DNA of 64,000 nt from an uncultured Chloroflexia bacterium (GTDB taxonomy: Bacteria > Chloroflexota > Anaerolineae > JAAYZQ01): NCBI GenBank assembly GCA_963700285.1, contig CAVOXA010000010.1, positions 1,792,001 to 1,856,000 on the forward strand. Reading direction: 5' to 3'. The stretch's first letter is position 1. Each line of letters opens with the position of its first letter. Made by a program: the position numbers and the translations under genes. Below, one piece after another: positions 1-9,709 of the stretch. The notes under the pieces are model-generated. The model saw only the letters and a list, made by a program, of their open reading frames with translations. It ran no database searches and had not been told where the DNA came from.

Positions 1-186
1 GGCGGGATTGCGGGCTATGGCGCGAGCGCCGTCGAACACCCCCGCTACTTCTACATACTCGCCTTTGCAGCCATCACTGTGTTTACGCTGTACGTCATTC
101 TCGACGTGGAATACCTGCGCCATGGCTTTGTCCGTCTCGATCAAGTGAATCAATCGCTGGCCAATCTGGCAGACATGATGAAATGA
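1..186 (+). CDS. 3' end of a membrane protein, DUF4239/bestrophin-like (partial, runs off window)
   Basis: Frame 1 is open from base 1 to TGA at 184-186 and reads ...YILAFAAITVFTLYVILDVEYLRHGFVRLDQVNQSL...; a hydrophobic helix followed by ILD(L/V)EYxRxG resembles the DUF4239 C-terminus. Confidence 0.6.
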   Translation, partial: GGIAGYGASAVEHPRYFYILAFAAITVFTLYVILDVEYLRHGFVRLDQVNQSLANLADMMK

Positions 187-193
187 GGAACCG

Positions 194-2692
194 TCACAGG
201 TTGGGGACATGTCCCGCCTCCTGTGTCATTGCCCTCTCAAGGCTGTGTCCTCGGCAGAGCCAGTTCATGGGCATGTTGCCGAGATCGTACCCGGCTAACT
301 GTAGCGGGCTTTTGCCACGAACCCTGGGCTGAGCATCGTCAGAAAAGGGGGTGAAACGGTAGATCTTTTCGAACACGCCGAGGTACACCCTGGCCGTCTC
401 GATGGACTCAAAGCCACAGAAGTTCTGGTAGTGCTGGTCAAAGCGTCGGATCACCATCTCGGTGGCATTGTTCGTCGCTGGGATCAAGTCGTTCTCGACG
501 GAGTTCACCAGGAATGGCCAGTGTTGTTCCAAGAACTCGAACACCCACTCGAGGGCAGGCTCGGTGTGAGTCACCATTTCACGCCTAGCCAACAAGGCTT
601 GGTAGCGAGTCTCAGCCATTCGTTTCGTCTGCACCTGGAAGACCTTCACGATGTCGGTGCGCACGTTCTCCGCTTCTGGATGCTGTTGGGCATAGTCGCG
701 CCCCAACGTATCGCGCAGGTAGCGGCTGATCTCCTGTTCGGCGTGAAACAGGCACTCGTGGTGCTGGGCTTTGGGAAACACCTGCCCAATGACCGGGCCG
801 TAGTCGCGGCGCAGGTCGGTCACGATCACCTTTGGGCGGTAGCCTTTGGTGCGCAAAGCCAGCAAGAAAAGGTGGGCGCTCTCGCGCGTGTTGTGCGGAT
901 AGATGGCGATGTGCAACAAGTCGTAGGTGTGCACGTCCACGGCCAGGTAGACGTACATCCAGCGTCGCCTCTTGCCTTCCGGCTTGTCGTTTTTCGGCAC
1001 CAGAACGTACTTTTCGTCCACGCCGACGATGCCACTGGATCGGACCAGGCCGAAGATGGCGGCCATCGGCAGCAGTTCGTAGCCCCAGGCACTGACCCAA
1101 CGATAGACTGTCATCTCGCTCACTTGCAAGGCTTGACCGACACGGCGGTAGGTACTGTAGCTCCAGCTGTAGGCCTGGATGGCCATGAGATGCACATCCA
1201 ACCGGTGGCGGGAGTAGGGCACCAAGCTCGGTGGTAAGTGGGTAAAGGTCTGGTGCATGCACTCAGGATTGCGACAGTAGTAGCGGTAGACGGGCACCTC
1301 TTGTAAGTTCCCCTCGGCGTCGTGGTACTTTTTCATCCGCGGCGTGCGGCTCTTGCGCGCAATGTGGGTAGAATGGCAGGACGGACACCGGATCGTGTCA
1401 TCTTCCATCATCGCCCACTGCCTGAAGATCACCTGCTCCACTTTCAAGAGCCAGGGCAGGGGTTTCAGAGGCAGTGGGGCCTCGACCCCGAGCTCGTGAG
1501 CCAGTGCCTGCACATCGGCCAGTGCAACCTGCTCTTCGGGGGGCACAGATTGGCCTGTTTCCAGGCACATCTGTAGCTGCTGGACCAGGCGAAGCAGTTC
1601 TTGCACCACCCACTCCTCACGCAGGCGAAAGGACTCCTTGGTCCAGTGGAAATGCTTGTGCAACTCGGGGCGCAGGACGGACCAACCGTTCTGCTCGATG
1701 GCCTGACGGACTTGACGGTGACTGAGCGCCACGTGTTGGCGCTGCAAATGATCATACACTTGATCCTGGCTCCAATGTGGAAAGGTGGCACACACCGTAG
1801 CCACACGGCGGACCAACTCGGGTGTCAAAATCTCCGGAGTAAACTGGCTGAAAAGCTCAGGCCACGCGCCGCGATGCCAATAGCCCTCAATCCGGCTGAT
1901 GTTCGGATGCGGCACCCCAAACCATTCCGCAGCCTGGACCTGGCGCACGAAAGGCGTGCGCCCATCCCGTGTTCGCCGACTGCCACGTGGCTGGTCCGGC
2001 ACATCCAGCAGCCTCAAAAACAGCATCAACATCCGTGCTCGAAAAGGATGATCGCCTGATACCTGGATCGTGAAGTGGCCGCACAGGGTAGCCTGGTAGC
2101 TACCGTCGTCGTCGCGCTTCACCTCAACCCACGGTCCCTCTCGGCCATAGTACTGGCAGCCAACCCCAAACAGGATAGGTGTGCGGAGCACACAAGAGCT
2201 GTCTCCCCCTTGCCTGCCTTGTTTCAGCACCAACGCCACGGACAGCACGATCATCACCCGTTGTCCTTGCCACAATAGCCCATGCCCGGCTCGCCAGAGC
2301 GCCTGATGGTGTAGTTCCGGCCAGAACGTGGCCATGAGCTGCCACAACCACAATGCCCACGGCCAGCACATGATCCCAATCGGCCATCGCTTTCCGCCCA
2401 GGGTCCACAACGTAGCAAGCAGAAGGCTGCGCATGAAGGGCTGAGACCAGCTCTGGAGCCCATAGCGCCACACACGCCCCACGCGATCGCGGAGAGAACA
2501 ACAAGCGCGCCGCGCTCTTCGCCCCGAAGCTGCCGTGAACAGGCTCGGCATGACAGGTGGACAGGCAACCCAGCCAGCTTGGCTTTCCACAGGTCGGCCG
2601 ACCAAGGCCAGAATCAAGAAGCTGAGAAGTGCTAACGCGTGCCAGGATTGTTGCTTGAAGGGGCATTTCGTGGTATGCTGTCTGTGGGCCAT
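194..2692 (-). CDS. DDE transposase, 832 aa, with zinc ribbon and long N-terminal extension
   Basis: CPSCHS...CRNPEC zinc ribbon; HTH-like TYRRVGQALQVSEMTVYRWV; DDE motifs VGVDEKY, VIVTDL, TNNATE; CLFH motif; GAGG RBS upstream. Confidence 0.85.
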   Translation of the reverse strand: MAHRQHTTKCPFKQQSWHALALLSFLILALVGRPVESQAGWVACPPVMPSLFTAASGRRARRACCSLRDRVGRVWRYGLQSWSQPFMRSLLLATLWTLGGKRWPIGIMCWPWALWLWQLMATFWPELHHQALWRAGHGLLWQGQRVMIVLSVALVLKQGRQGGDSSCVLRTPILFGVGCQYYGREGPWVEVKRDDDGSYQATLCGHFTIQVSGDHPFRARMLMLFLRLLDVPDQPRGSRRTRDGRTPFVRQVQAAEWFGVPHPNISRIEGYWHRGAWPELFSQFTPEILTPELVRRVATVCATFPHWSQDQVYDHLQRQHVALSHRQVRQAIEQNGWSVLRPELHKHFHWTKESFRLREEWVVQELLRLVQQLQMCLETGQSVPPEEQVALADVQALAHELGVEAPLPLKPLPWLLKVEQVIFRQWAMMEDDTIRCPSCHSTHIARKSRTPRMKKYHDAEGNLQEVPVYRYYCRNPECMHQTFTHLPPSLVPYSRHRLDVHLMAIQAYSWSYSTYRRVGQALQVSEMTVYRWVSAWGYELLPMAAIFGLVRSSGIVGVDEKYVLVPKNDKPEGKRRRWMYVYLAVDVHTYDLLHIAIYPHNTRESAHLFLLALRTKGYRPKVIVTDLRRDYGPVIGQVFPKAQHHECLFHAEQEISRYLRDTLGRDYAQQHPEAENVRTDIVKVFQVQTKRMAETRYQALLARREMVTHTEPALEWVFEFLEQHWPFLVNSVENDLIPATNNATEMVIRRFDQHYQNFCGFESIETARVYLGVFEKIYRFTPFSDDAQPRVRGKSPLQLAGYDLGNMPMNWLCRGHSLERAMTQEAGHVPNL

Positions 2693-2728
2693 TTCGCGAA
2701 CCTCGGTGCTTTGTTCTCTAGCAAGTAC

Positions 2729-2739
2729 AGTGTACCATA
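2729..2739 (-). promoter_or_regulatory. Extended -10 promoter for the transposase, inside the IS left end
   Basis: Minus strand reads GGAACC-TATGGTACACT (TGn-TACACT), about 36 nt before the ATG. Confidence 0.5.
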
Positions 2740-2865
2740 GGTTCCGGTTTGGCCCACGTTCATTGTGGGCAAGGACAATGCCAGTTCAGCAACCCTAGCA
2801 CTAGCTAATCAGCACGTTTCATACAGTTTATACTCGGTTTCACATCCCCAGCCTGAGACGCTCAC

Positions 2866-2949
2866 ATGGGACACCATTTTGTCCCGATGGGACACGAAAT
2901 GGGACACCAATCTGCCAAGATGGGACACAAAGGGACACCAACGGACACC
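2866..2949 (+). repeat. Cluster of (T)GGGACAC direct repeats (six copies, plus one inverted GTCCC)
   Basis: atgggacacc..ttttgtccc..atgggacacg..atgggacacc..atgggacacaaagggacaccaacggacacc. Confidence 0.85.
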
Positions 2950-3083
2950 AAAATGATGTCCATTGGTGTTATGGTCAGAGGCCAGTAGAGGGGTCTCTAG
3001 ACGGTTTTTGGGCGCTGAGCGGCCGAAAAACCGGGTCAAGGTCGCAAAAACGGACCCGGAGCCATTTTGCGATTCTCGCTGGT

Positions 3084-3094
3084 TGTGGTATACT
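3084..3094 (+). promoter_or_regulatory. Extended -10 promoter upstream of the repeat/hicBA module
   Basis: TGTGGTATACT, matching the TGnTATAAT-type promoters seen repeatedly in this window. Confidence 0.55.
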
Positions 3095-3117
3095 CCTTCC
3101 TACAAGTTTTCAGTCCT

Positions 3118-3161
3118 GCAAGGGTGGCGACATGGTGTGCGTTCGAGGTCCCTTGGGGGCA
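3118..3161 (+). repeat. 44-bp direct repeat, copy 1 (hairpin-forming CAAGGG...CCCTTG)
   Basis: gcaagggtggcgacatggtgtgcgttcgaggtcccttgggggca; one mismatch to the copy at 3766-3809. Confidence 0.9.
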
Positions 3162-3284
3162 TACCTGTGATAAATAACAGGGTGAGAACCTGGGAGATCT
3201 GACAGGAGACAACCCTGCAAGAGGTCCCAGATAGGCCGACCCAGTTGATCGAGGACCGGCTTGCCGTCTGAAGGGTACGGAGGC

Positions 3285-3494
3285 ATGGCAAAGGAAGTAC
3301 TATTCTTGGTCGAAGATGCGGACGAAGGCGGATATACTGCTCGTGCCTTGGGCCACTCTATCTTCACCGAAGCTGATTCATGGGACGAACTGAAGGTAGC
3401 CGTTCGAGACGCCGTGCAGTGCCACTTCGATGAGGGGGAGCAGCCGGACCTGATCCGCCTGCATGCCGTCCGCGAAGAAGTTGTGCCGGCATGA
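3285..3494 (+). CDS. hicB: HicB-like antitoxin (short form)
   Basis: MAKEVLFLVEDADEGGYTARALGHSIFTEADSWDELKVAVRDAVQCHF is a HicB N-terminal fold pattern; GGAGG RBS; ATGA overlap with hicA. Confidence 0.75.
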   Translation: MAKEVLFLVEDADEGGYTARALGHSIFTEADSWDELKVAVRDAVQCHFDEGEQPDLIRLHAVREEVVPA

Positions 3495-3736
3495 GGCTGC
3501 CGCGAGATCTCAGCGGCGACCAACTGGCGGTCCTACTCAGGCGCTACGGCTACGAGGAAACGCGCCAGACAGGCAGTCACATGCGTCTGACCACAACGCA
3601 GGAGGGTGAGCATCACGTTACGATTCCGCGTCACAGTTCACTGCGGGTCGGCACATTGAGTGCCATCCTCAGCGATGTGGCTGAGCATCTGGGCATCCCG
3701 AAACCTACGCTGGTGGAGACGTTGTTCAGCAAGTAA
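3491..3736 (+). CDS. hicA: HicA family toxin
   Basis: LLRRYGYEETRQTGSHMRL...HHVTIPRHSSLRVGTLSAIL contains the GSH and VTIPxH HicA motifs. Confidence 0.9.
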   Translation: MRLPRDLSGDQLAVLLRRYGYEETRQTGSHMRLTTTQEGEHHVTIPRHSSLRVGTLSAILSDVAEHLGIPKPTLVETLFSK

Positions 3737-3765
3737 GTGCGTGCCTAGCGCCATAGTGTAGCCCA

Positions 3766-3809
3766 GCAAGGGTGGCGACATGGTGTGCGCTCGAGGTCCC
3801 TTGGGGGCA
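3766..3809 (+). repeat. 44-bp direct repeat, copy 2
   Basis: gcaagggtggcgacatggtgtgcgctcgaggtcccttgggggca. Confidence 0.9.
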
Positions 3810-3830
3810 CTAATCAAAAACCTATCGCGC

Positions 3831-3863
3831 GGGGGAACGTCCAAGTGAGCGTTCCCCCTTCTT
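3831..3863 (+). terminator. Intrinsic terminator-like hairpin, the group IIC intron target
   Basis: gggggaacg-tccaagtgag-cgttccccc followed by ttctt, immediately before the intron 5' end. Confidence 0.75.
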
Positions 3864-4452
3864 GTGTGCCAGGCATGTCGTGTATCTAGAAGGTGCAAGT
3901 CCTCTGCGGGCCGTGATGACCGGAACCGCTAGCCGAAGCAAGGGTGTCCGCCGCGAGGCGGAATCTGAAGGAAGCGGCCTGCCGGAAGGCAGGGAGGCAA
4001 AACTCGGACCCGACGAACAGAAACCGGATAGAAGGCCCGCACGGCGGGGTAACCCAGCAATGGATGGGGAGGCCCGATAGTCATCCGGAACGCTGCGGGG
4101 GTAAATCCGGCGGGGACCGAGGGAAAGAGACACGACTTACCCTGGGAGATCTCTGCATCTGTCTGGACGAACCAGACTACGGCGACGGCAACGGCGCAGG
4201 AGGGGTGCAGAGAAGTCAGCAGAGGCCATAGTAGTCCGCGAGAGCGGACGAAGGGCCGAATCTTCTACGGCAAGGAGCAGACGGAGAGACTCGATGGATG
4301 TGGAGCAACAGCAAGGCACGTGGAGCCAGCTAAGCCTCTTTGAGGTAGAGGAGGGCAGCGTGCGCCCCGGCGCGAGCGGCGAAGGCGGAACCGGAACTGC
4401 TGCGTTCGAGGAGTGGCAAGCATCCACGGCGTTGAACCGGGAGCGAGCCTTG
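3864..4452 (+). mobile_element. Group IIC intron, 5' part only (ribozyme DI-DIII and the first about 53 codons of the RT ORF)
   Basis: Starts GTGTGCCAGGCATG (GUGYG) right after a terminator hairpin; typical IIC segments (gaaggtgcaagtcct, ttaccctgggagatct, agaagtcagcagaggccatagtag, gaagggccgaa); ORF start 4294 MDVEQQQ...TALNRERAL breaks off with no RT domain or DV/DVI. Confidence 0.85.
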
Positions 4453-5148
4453 AACGTAAAGAAGAAATGGTACATTCCGACCGTGGGTGCCGAGTTCGTG
4501 TGGCGAATGGAAGATGTCCTTGACGTGTACGCAGCACCCATTGATCCGAAACGGCCACGGGTTTGCTTTGACGAACATCTGGTTCAACTGATTATTGAGA
4601 AACGACAGCCGCTGCCAGCAAAGCCTGGCCGCCCAGAACGGTACGATTACGAATACCAGCGCAATGGTACGCGCAATCTCTATGATTTTCATGCCTTGGC
4701 TTGGTCAGCGTCATGTCAGAGTTACAGAACAGCGAACCAAAGTTGACTTTGCTCATTGCATGAAATACTTGGCCGATGACCTTTTGCCTGAAGCTGAAAA
4801 GATCGTGGTCGTTCAGGATAACTTGAATACCCATAGCCCTGTCTCTCTCTACGAGACTTTCGAACTGGCAGAGGCGAAACGCATTCTTGATCGATTGCAG
4901 TTTCATTTCACACCCAAGCATGGTAGCTGGCTGAACATGGCCGAGATCGAGATCGGAGTCTTGTGTGAGCAGTGTTTGGACGACCGCATTCCTGATGATG
5001 AAACGTTGGGCCGTGAGATTGCAGCCTGGGAAAAAGCTCGCAATGAACAAGGCGCGACTGTCAATTGGCAATTTACATCCATCGATGCTCGCAACAAGCT
5101 CAGACGCCTCTACCCGATTATATCAGAATCACTTTGAAAAGATACTAG
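4453..5148 (+). pseudogene. IS630-family transposase remnant (DDE part, frameshift near 4680) with right end
   Basis: FVWRMEDVLDVY..VCFDE..YDYEYQRNG, then VQDNLNTH..FTPKHGSWLNMAEIE..LRRLYP; ends ...gatactag; N-terminal HTH part absent. Confidence 0.85.
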
Positions 5149-5228
5149 TGTCAGCCTGATCCCTGTCGGGGTTTGTGCATGGTGATCGCCTGAAGGTACT
5201 CGGTTCTCAAGCCAGAAGGAGACGTGTC

Positions 5229-6251
5229 ATGGTAAGCAATCCTGTCCATCCGGCAGACGAAAATGACGAGCAGGTACCTTCGGAGGACCTGGCTGCTCGC
5301 CGCCGTGGTCTGCTGGCCCGCCTGGCCATTGAGCGCGCTGGCTTGCTGGCGCAGATCCTGGGGCTGAACGACAAGGCCCTCACTGAGGCGCCAGCCCTTG
5401 GTAGCTGGACCATCAAGGACATCCTGACCCACATTGCCGCCTGGGATCGCTGGCAACACCAGGCCATGAGGGCTTTGGTGGAGGGCCAGCTCCCGGATCT
5501 GTCGGCTGCGGAAGACTATCATGCTGCCAATGATGCCTTTGTTGCTCAATGGCAGGATCAGTGCTTGGCCGATGTCCTGGCTGAACTAAAGGCCGCCCGG
5601 GAAGACTGGGTTGCCTGGCTGGCAGCTCTGCCTGAGGGCGAGTTCTTCCAGCGCCGTTCCCATGATGGCAACGACTGGTCCTTCGACGGCCCTCAGATCC
5701 AGGTGATGTGGCAGCACGACTCCGAGCACGCCGAGGAGATCTCGACCTGGAGCGTGGCCGGCGCGTGGAACGGGAGAACCGGCCCCAAAGCGGTCCTGCT
5801 GTCCGCGCTAGATGCCGCCCGCCAGGAACTATTGGCCTGTGCTGACCTGGTACCCATCGCTGAGCGGAATTCGCGTCCTGTGTGTGGTGTATGGACGCTC
5901 AAGGATGTACTTGGCCACATCGTTGACTGGGAGCAGGTCGGCGCACAGGGATTGCGCGACATGGCGGGCGGAACAGCACCTCAAGTCAAAGTGATCGACG
6001 ATATTGAAGCCTGGAATCAGATCCATGCTGGCCTACGCCGCGATCAACCGTGGGAGATGGTGTGGGCGGACCTGCATGCTGTCCGCCAGGCGCTTCTGGA
6101 GGTCCTGAGCCGCATGGATCAGGGCGCATTGGAGTGCTCATACCCTTTCCCGTGGGGACCTCGGGGTACTGCATACCAGTGGCTGACGGTCTTTGTAGGA
6201 CATGATCAAGAGCACGCGCAAGACCTGTGGCCCGGTGCGCCGGGGCAGTAG
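5229..6251 (+). CDS. Tandem DinB/ClbS-like four-helix domain protein
   Basis: Two repeats of W(T/S)xKD(I/V)LxHIxxW(D/E)...HxxEH; start chosen at ATG 5229 after GGAG (ORF is open from 5175). Confidence 0.8.
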   Translation: MVSNPVHPADENDEQVPSEDLAARRRGLLARLAIERAGLLAQILGLNDKALTEAPALGSWTIKDILTHIAAWDRWQHQAMRALVEGQLPDLSAAEDYHAANDAFVAQWQDQCLADVLAELKAAREDWVAWLAALPEGEFFQRRSHDGNDWSFDGPQIQVMWQHDSEHAEEISTWSVAGAWNGRTGPKAVLLSALDAARQELLACADLVPIAERNSRPVCGVWTLKDVLGHIVDWEQVGAQGLRDMAGGTAPQVKVIDDIEAWNQIHAGLRRDQPWEMVWADLHAVRQALLEVLSRMDQGALECSYPFPWGPRGTAYQWLTVFVGHDQEHAQDLWPGAPGQ

Positions 6252-6281
6252 TCTGGCAACAGGGCAAGCACGAGTGATCCC

Positions 6282-6315
6282 AAAGCCCCGATCGACTGTG
6301 GCCGATCGGGGCTTC
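6282..6315. terminator. Hairpin between convergent genes
   Basis: aaagccccgatcg-actgtggc-cgatcggggcttc. Confidence 0.65.
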
Positions 6316-6364
6316 TGAGTGTTCTCATCAGATTGCGCCACCCAAGCAGTGGAGCAGCACGGCT

Positions 6365-6556
6365 CTATCCCCCAGATACCACAGCGATGAGCTTGATGAT
6401 ATCGCCATTTTTGGTCAAGGTGGCATCGTTGATCAGTTTCCCATCTCTGAGAGCCAAGACGGACTCGGGGTTGATCCCCGCCTTCTCGACGATGTGCCGT
6501 ATCGTGCTGCCGGCAGTGGCCTGCCAGGTTTTGTCGCGATAGATGACCGTGACCAT
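6365..6556 (-). CDS. ThiS/MoaD-family sulfur carrier protein
   Basis: About 63 aa, beta-grasp-like, ending IAVVSGG (C-terminal Gly-Gly). Confidence 0.85.
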   Translation of the reverse strand: MVTVIYRDKTWQATAGSTIRHIVEKAGINPESVLALRDGKLINDATLTKNGDIIKLIAVVSGG

Positions 6557-6567
6557 GATCTGCCTAC

Positions 6568-8215
6568 CTATTTGCCGGGACACTGGCTGGCGATGCTAGG
6601 ATCGATGCCCTTGTTGCCGTAGGCCTTGTCAAAGTGGTTGCCAAAGTCGCACGGCCAGCTTCTGCGCCCGGAGGTCAAAGGCTTCCTTGTCCTCCCAGGT
6701 GTTGCGCGGGTTCAGGATCTCGCTGGGTACGCCGGGGCAGGTTCGCGGCACCAGGATGTGGAACAGCGGATCCTCGTCGTACTCGACGTCCTCCAGCTCT
6801 CCGCTGAGCGCGCAGTGGACGATGGCCCGGGTGATGTCGATGTCCATGCGCGCGCCGACGCCAAAGGGACCGCCGCTCCAGCCGGTGTTGACCAGGTAGA
6901 CCTGCGAGCCATGCTTCTTCATCCGCTCACCCAGCATCGAGGCGTAGACGTCGGGGTTGCGGGGCATAAACGGCTCGCCGAAGAAGCGGGAGAAGGTGCT
7001 GACCGGATCGACGATGCCGGTCTCGGTGCCGGCCAGCTTGCTGGTGTAGCCCATCAGGAACCAGAGCATGGCCTGTTCCGGCGTCAGCTTGGCCACCGGC
7101 GGCAGCACGCCGTTGGCGTCGGCAGTCAGGAACAGGATCGTCTTGGGATGGTCGCCCACGGGCGGGGTCTTGATGTTGCGACAGAAAGCTCAGGGGATAG
7201 GAGGCCCGCGAGTTGGGCGTGTAGCGCTCGTCGTCCACGTCAAAGTCGCCCCAGGGGTACATCATGCAGTTTTCGACGATGGCCCCATGTTCCAGGTAGG
7301 GTGCCTCGTGGAAGACGGCATGCCAGATCTCGGGCTCTTTGTCCTCGCGGAGGTTGATCAGCTTGGCGTAGCAGCCGTTCTCAAAGTTGGCGATGCCGTT
7401 GTCGCTCCAGCCGTGCTCGTCGTCGCCCAGCAGCGCCCGGCGCGGATCGGCCGACAGGGTCGTCTTGCCCGTGCCCGAAAGCCCCAGCAGCAGGGCAATG
7501 TCGCCGTCAGGCCCCTCGTTGGCCGAGCAGTGCAGGGGCAGGATGCCCTCGCCTGGCAGCACATAGTTCATCACGGTGAACATCAGCTTCTTGACGCTGC
7601 CGGCATAGGCCGAGCCAAAGACGACGCCCAGCCGCCGGTCAAAGTCCATGGCCACGGCCATGTCGGAGGTCCGGCCATCGGGCAGCTTGCGCAGCCGGCC
7701 CTCGTACCGGTCGCGATCCAGCTTGTCGTAGGGCACGACGACCAGGGTGAAGCCCCGGTCGGCAAAGACGCTTCGCTCGATGTCGGCGGGCACCGGCCGG
7801 AACATGTTGTCGGTGAACAGCGCCGTCAGCGCCCAATCGCTGACCATCTTGACCGGCAGGGCGTAGGACGGAATCGGCCACCAGCACCCGGTCGGTGACG
7901 TACAGCCGCTTCTTGGCGGAGAGCACCTGGAGCGCATCCTCCATGAGCATGTCAAAGGTCTCGGGCTCCATGGGGATGTTGTTGGGCGAGTCCCAGTCGA
8001 TGTTCGCCCTCGCTCTCCGGGCGGCGGACGATGTAGGTGTCTTTGGGGCTGCGTCCGGTGGACTCGGGCGGCGTCCAGGTGGCCAGCGCGCCATTGGCGC
8101 TGACGATGGCTTCCCGGTTCTTGACGGCTTCCTCGATCATGACACTCCTGGCGGATTGTCCAGGACATCGGGGTGCTTCTGCAACAAGCTGAGCTATTCT
8201 TCTCTTGAATTCCAC
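6568..8215 (-). CDS. pckA: Phosphoenolpyruvate carboxykinase (ATP), split by several frameshifts (likely sequencing errors)
   Basis: STGRSPKD, YAGSVKK, LHCSAN, GLSGTGKTTLS, GDDEHGW, NFENGCYAK, LTADANGVLPP, YLVNTGW across three frames; ends ...SQCPGK*. Confidence 0.9.
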
Positions 8216-8217
8216 GT

Positions 8218-9700
8218 CTAACCTCCATTGGTTTCAGTGAGCGACTTGGGTCTGGGTTGCTGCTCCCGCAGGCATGCTTCTACCAGGAAAAGAGTTCGTT
8301 GCCCGCCGGGTACGCCGCCGGGTACCACCTTGCCCGGATTCAGGATGTTCTTGGGATCCAGCGCCTGCTTTGATGCCGGCCATCACGTCGATGGACAGCG
8401 GCCCGATGTCCTGCTCCAGAAAGGCCAGCTTGAGATTGCCCACGCCATGCTCACCCGACAGGGTGCCGCCCAGCCGCACCGAGACGTCAAAGATGTCAGC
8501 CGCGGCCTTTTTCATCTTTTCCACCTGTGCCGGGTCGCGCTTGTCAAAGAGGATGTTGGGATGCAGGTTGCCATCGCCGGCGTGGCCAAAGATGGCGATG
8601 GGGATGTCGTGCTTGCGCGAGATCTCTTTGATGGCCGCCACCGCATCGGGGATGGCGCTGCGCGGCACCGAGATGTCCTCACCCAGCTTGTTGGGCGCCC
8701 GCCGGGCCAGCGAGGGGCTGATGGAGCGCCGCGCCGACCAGAGGGCGGCCCGCTCCTGCTTCGGTGCGGGCCACCTCCACGTCGCGGGCGCCGGTCGCCC
8801 GGCAGATGTCGGCAATGGCCTCGATCTCTTTGAGCACCGACTCCTCGTCCATGCCATCCGCTTCGATGATGAGCATGGCCTCCACGTCCAGCGGCAGGCC
8901 CAGGTGCATGGCCTCCTCGATGGTGGCGATGGTCGTTTCGTCCATCAGCTCGATGGTCGCCGGCATGATGCCGGCGCTGAGGATGTTGTTGACGCACCGG
9001 CTGGCATCGGCCAGCTTGGGAAAGATGGCCTTGGCGGTGCGGGCCACCTTGGGCAGGGGGATCAGCTTCAGGATCAGTTCGGTGATGACGCCCAGCGTCC
9101 CCTCCGAGCCGACAAAGAGCTGGGTCAGGTTGTAGCCGGTCACATTCTTGATGGCCTTGCCGCCGGTCTTGAGCACGCGCCCATCGGCCAGGACCACCGT
9201 CATGCCCATCACATAGTCGCTGGTGACGCCGTACTTGAGGCAGCGAGGCCCGCCGGCGTTGCAGGCCGCATTGCCGCCCAGCGTGCTCTGCTTGATGCTG
9301 CTGGGATCGGGCGGGTAGAACAGCCCCTTCTTGGCCACCGTGTCGGCCAGGTCCTGGGTAATCACGCCTGCCTGGGCCGTAGCGATAAAGTTCACCTCGT
9401 CGATCTCGAGGATGCGATTCAGGCGGCAGGTATCCAGGACCATGCCGCCGATCCAGGGGGATCGAGGCCGCCGCCAGGCCGGAGGCCATGCCCCGCGGCA
9501 CCACCGGGATCTCTTCGCGCCAGGCGACCTTCATCACCTCGCTGACCTGCTCCGTCGAATCGGGGCGGACCACGATATCGGGCCGCTGCTCGGCAAAGGT
9601 GCCATCGTAGGAATAGGCCACCAGATCTTCGGGCTCAGTCAGCACGTGCTTCTTGCCGACGATGGTTTGCAGTTCTTTTAGGATCTGTTTTGTCGATCAT
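8218..9700 (-). CDS. glcD: FAD-linked 2-hydroxyacid oxidase, GlcD/LctD family (frameshifted; 3' end approximate)
   Basis: YPPDPSS..STLGGNAACNAGG..KYGVT, GSEGTLG, FGHAGDGNLHPN, SGEHGVG, LDPKNILNPGK. Confidence 0.85.
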
Positions 9701-9709
9701 GAGTCCTCG

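Larger units (their letters stand above)
187..2745 (-). mobile_element. Insertion sequence carrying a large DDE transposase (IS6/IS1-like catalytic domain; family uncertain)
   Basis: Bounded by GGAACC (187-192) and GGTTCC (2740-2745), a short terminal inverted repeat. The 187 end is confirmed by homology stopping at GGTTCC in two other copies (26163, 29517). No target duplication visible. Confidence 0.7.

Noticed and set aside
431-1237. Long antisense ORFs (e.g. 431-1237, 11069-12559, 15825-17675, 18447-19727)
   Set aside because: They are shadows of well-supported opposite-strand genes in GC-rich DNA and have no recognisable motifs.
2866-2949. CRISPR array
   Set aside because: Repeats are only 7-9 bp with irregular short spacing, and no cas genes are present.
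3118-3161. tRNA gene or T-box antiterminator
   Set aside because: The T-loop-like GTTCGAG and GGGTGG resemblances are partial; I could not build a cloverleaf or a T-box stem I.
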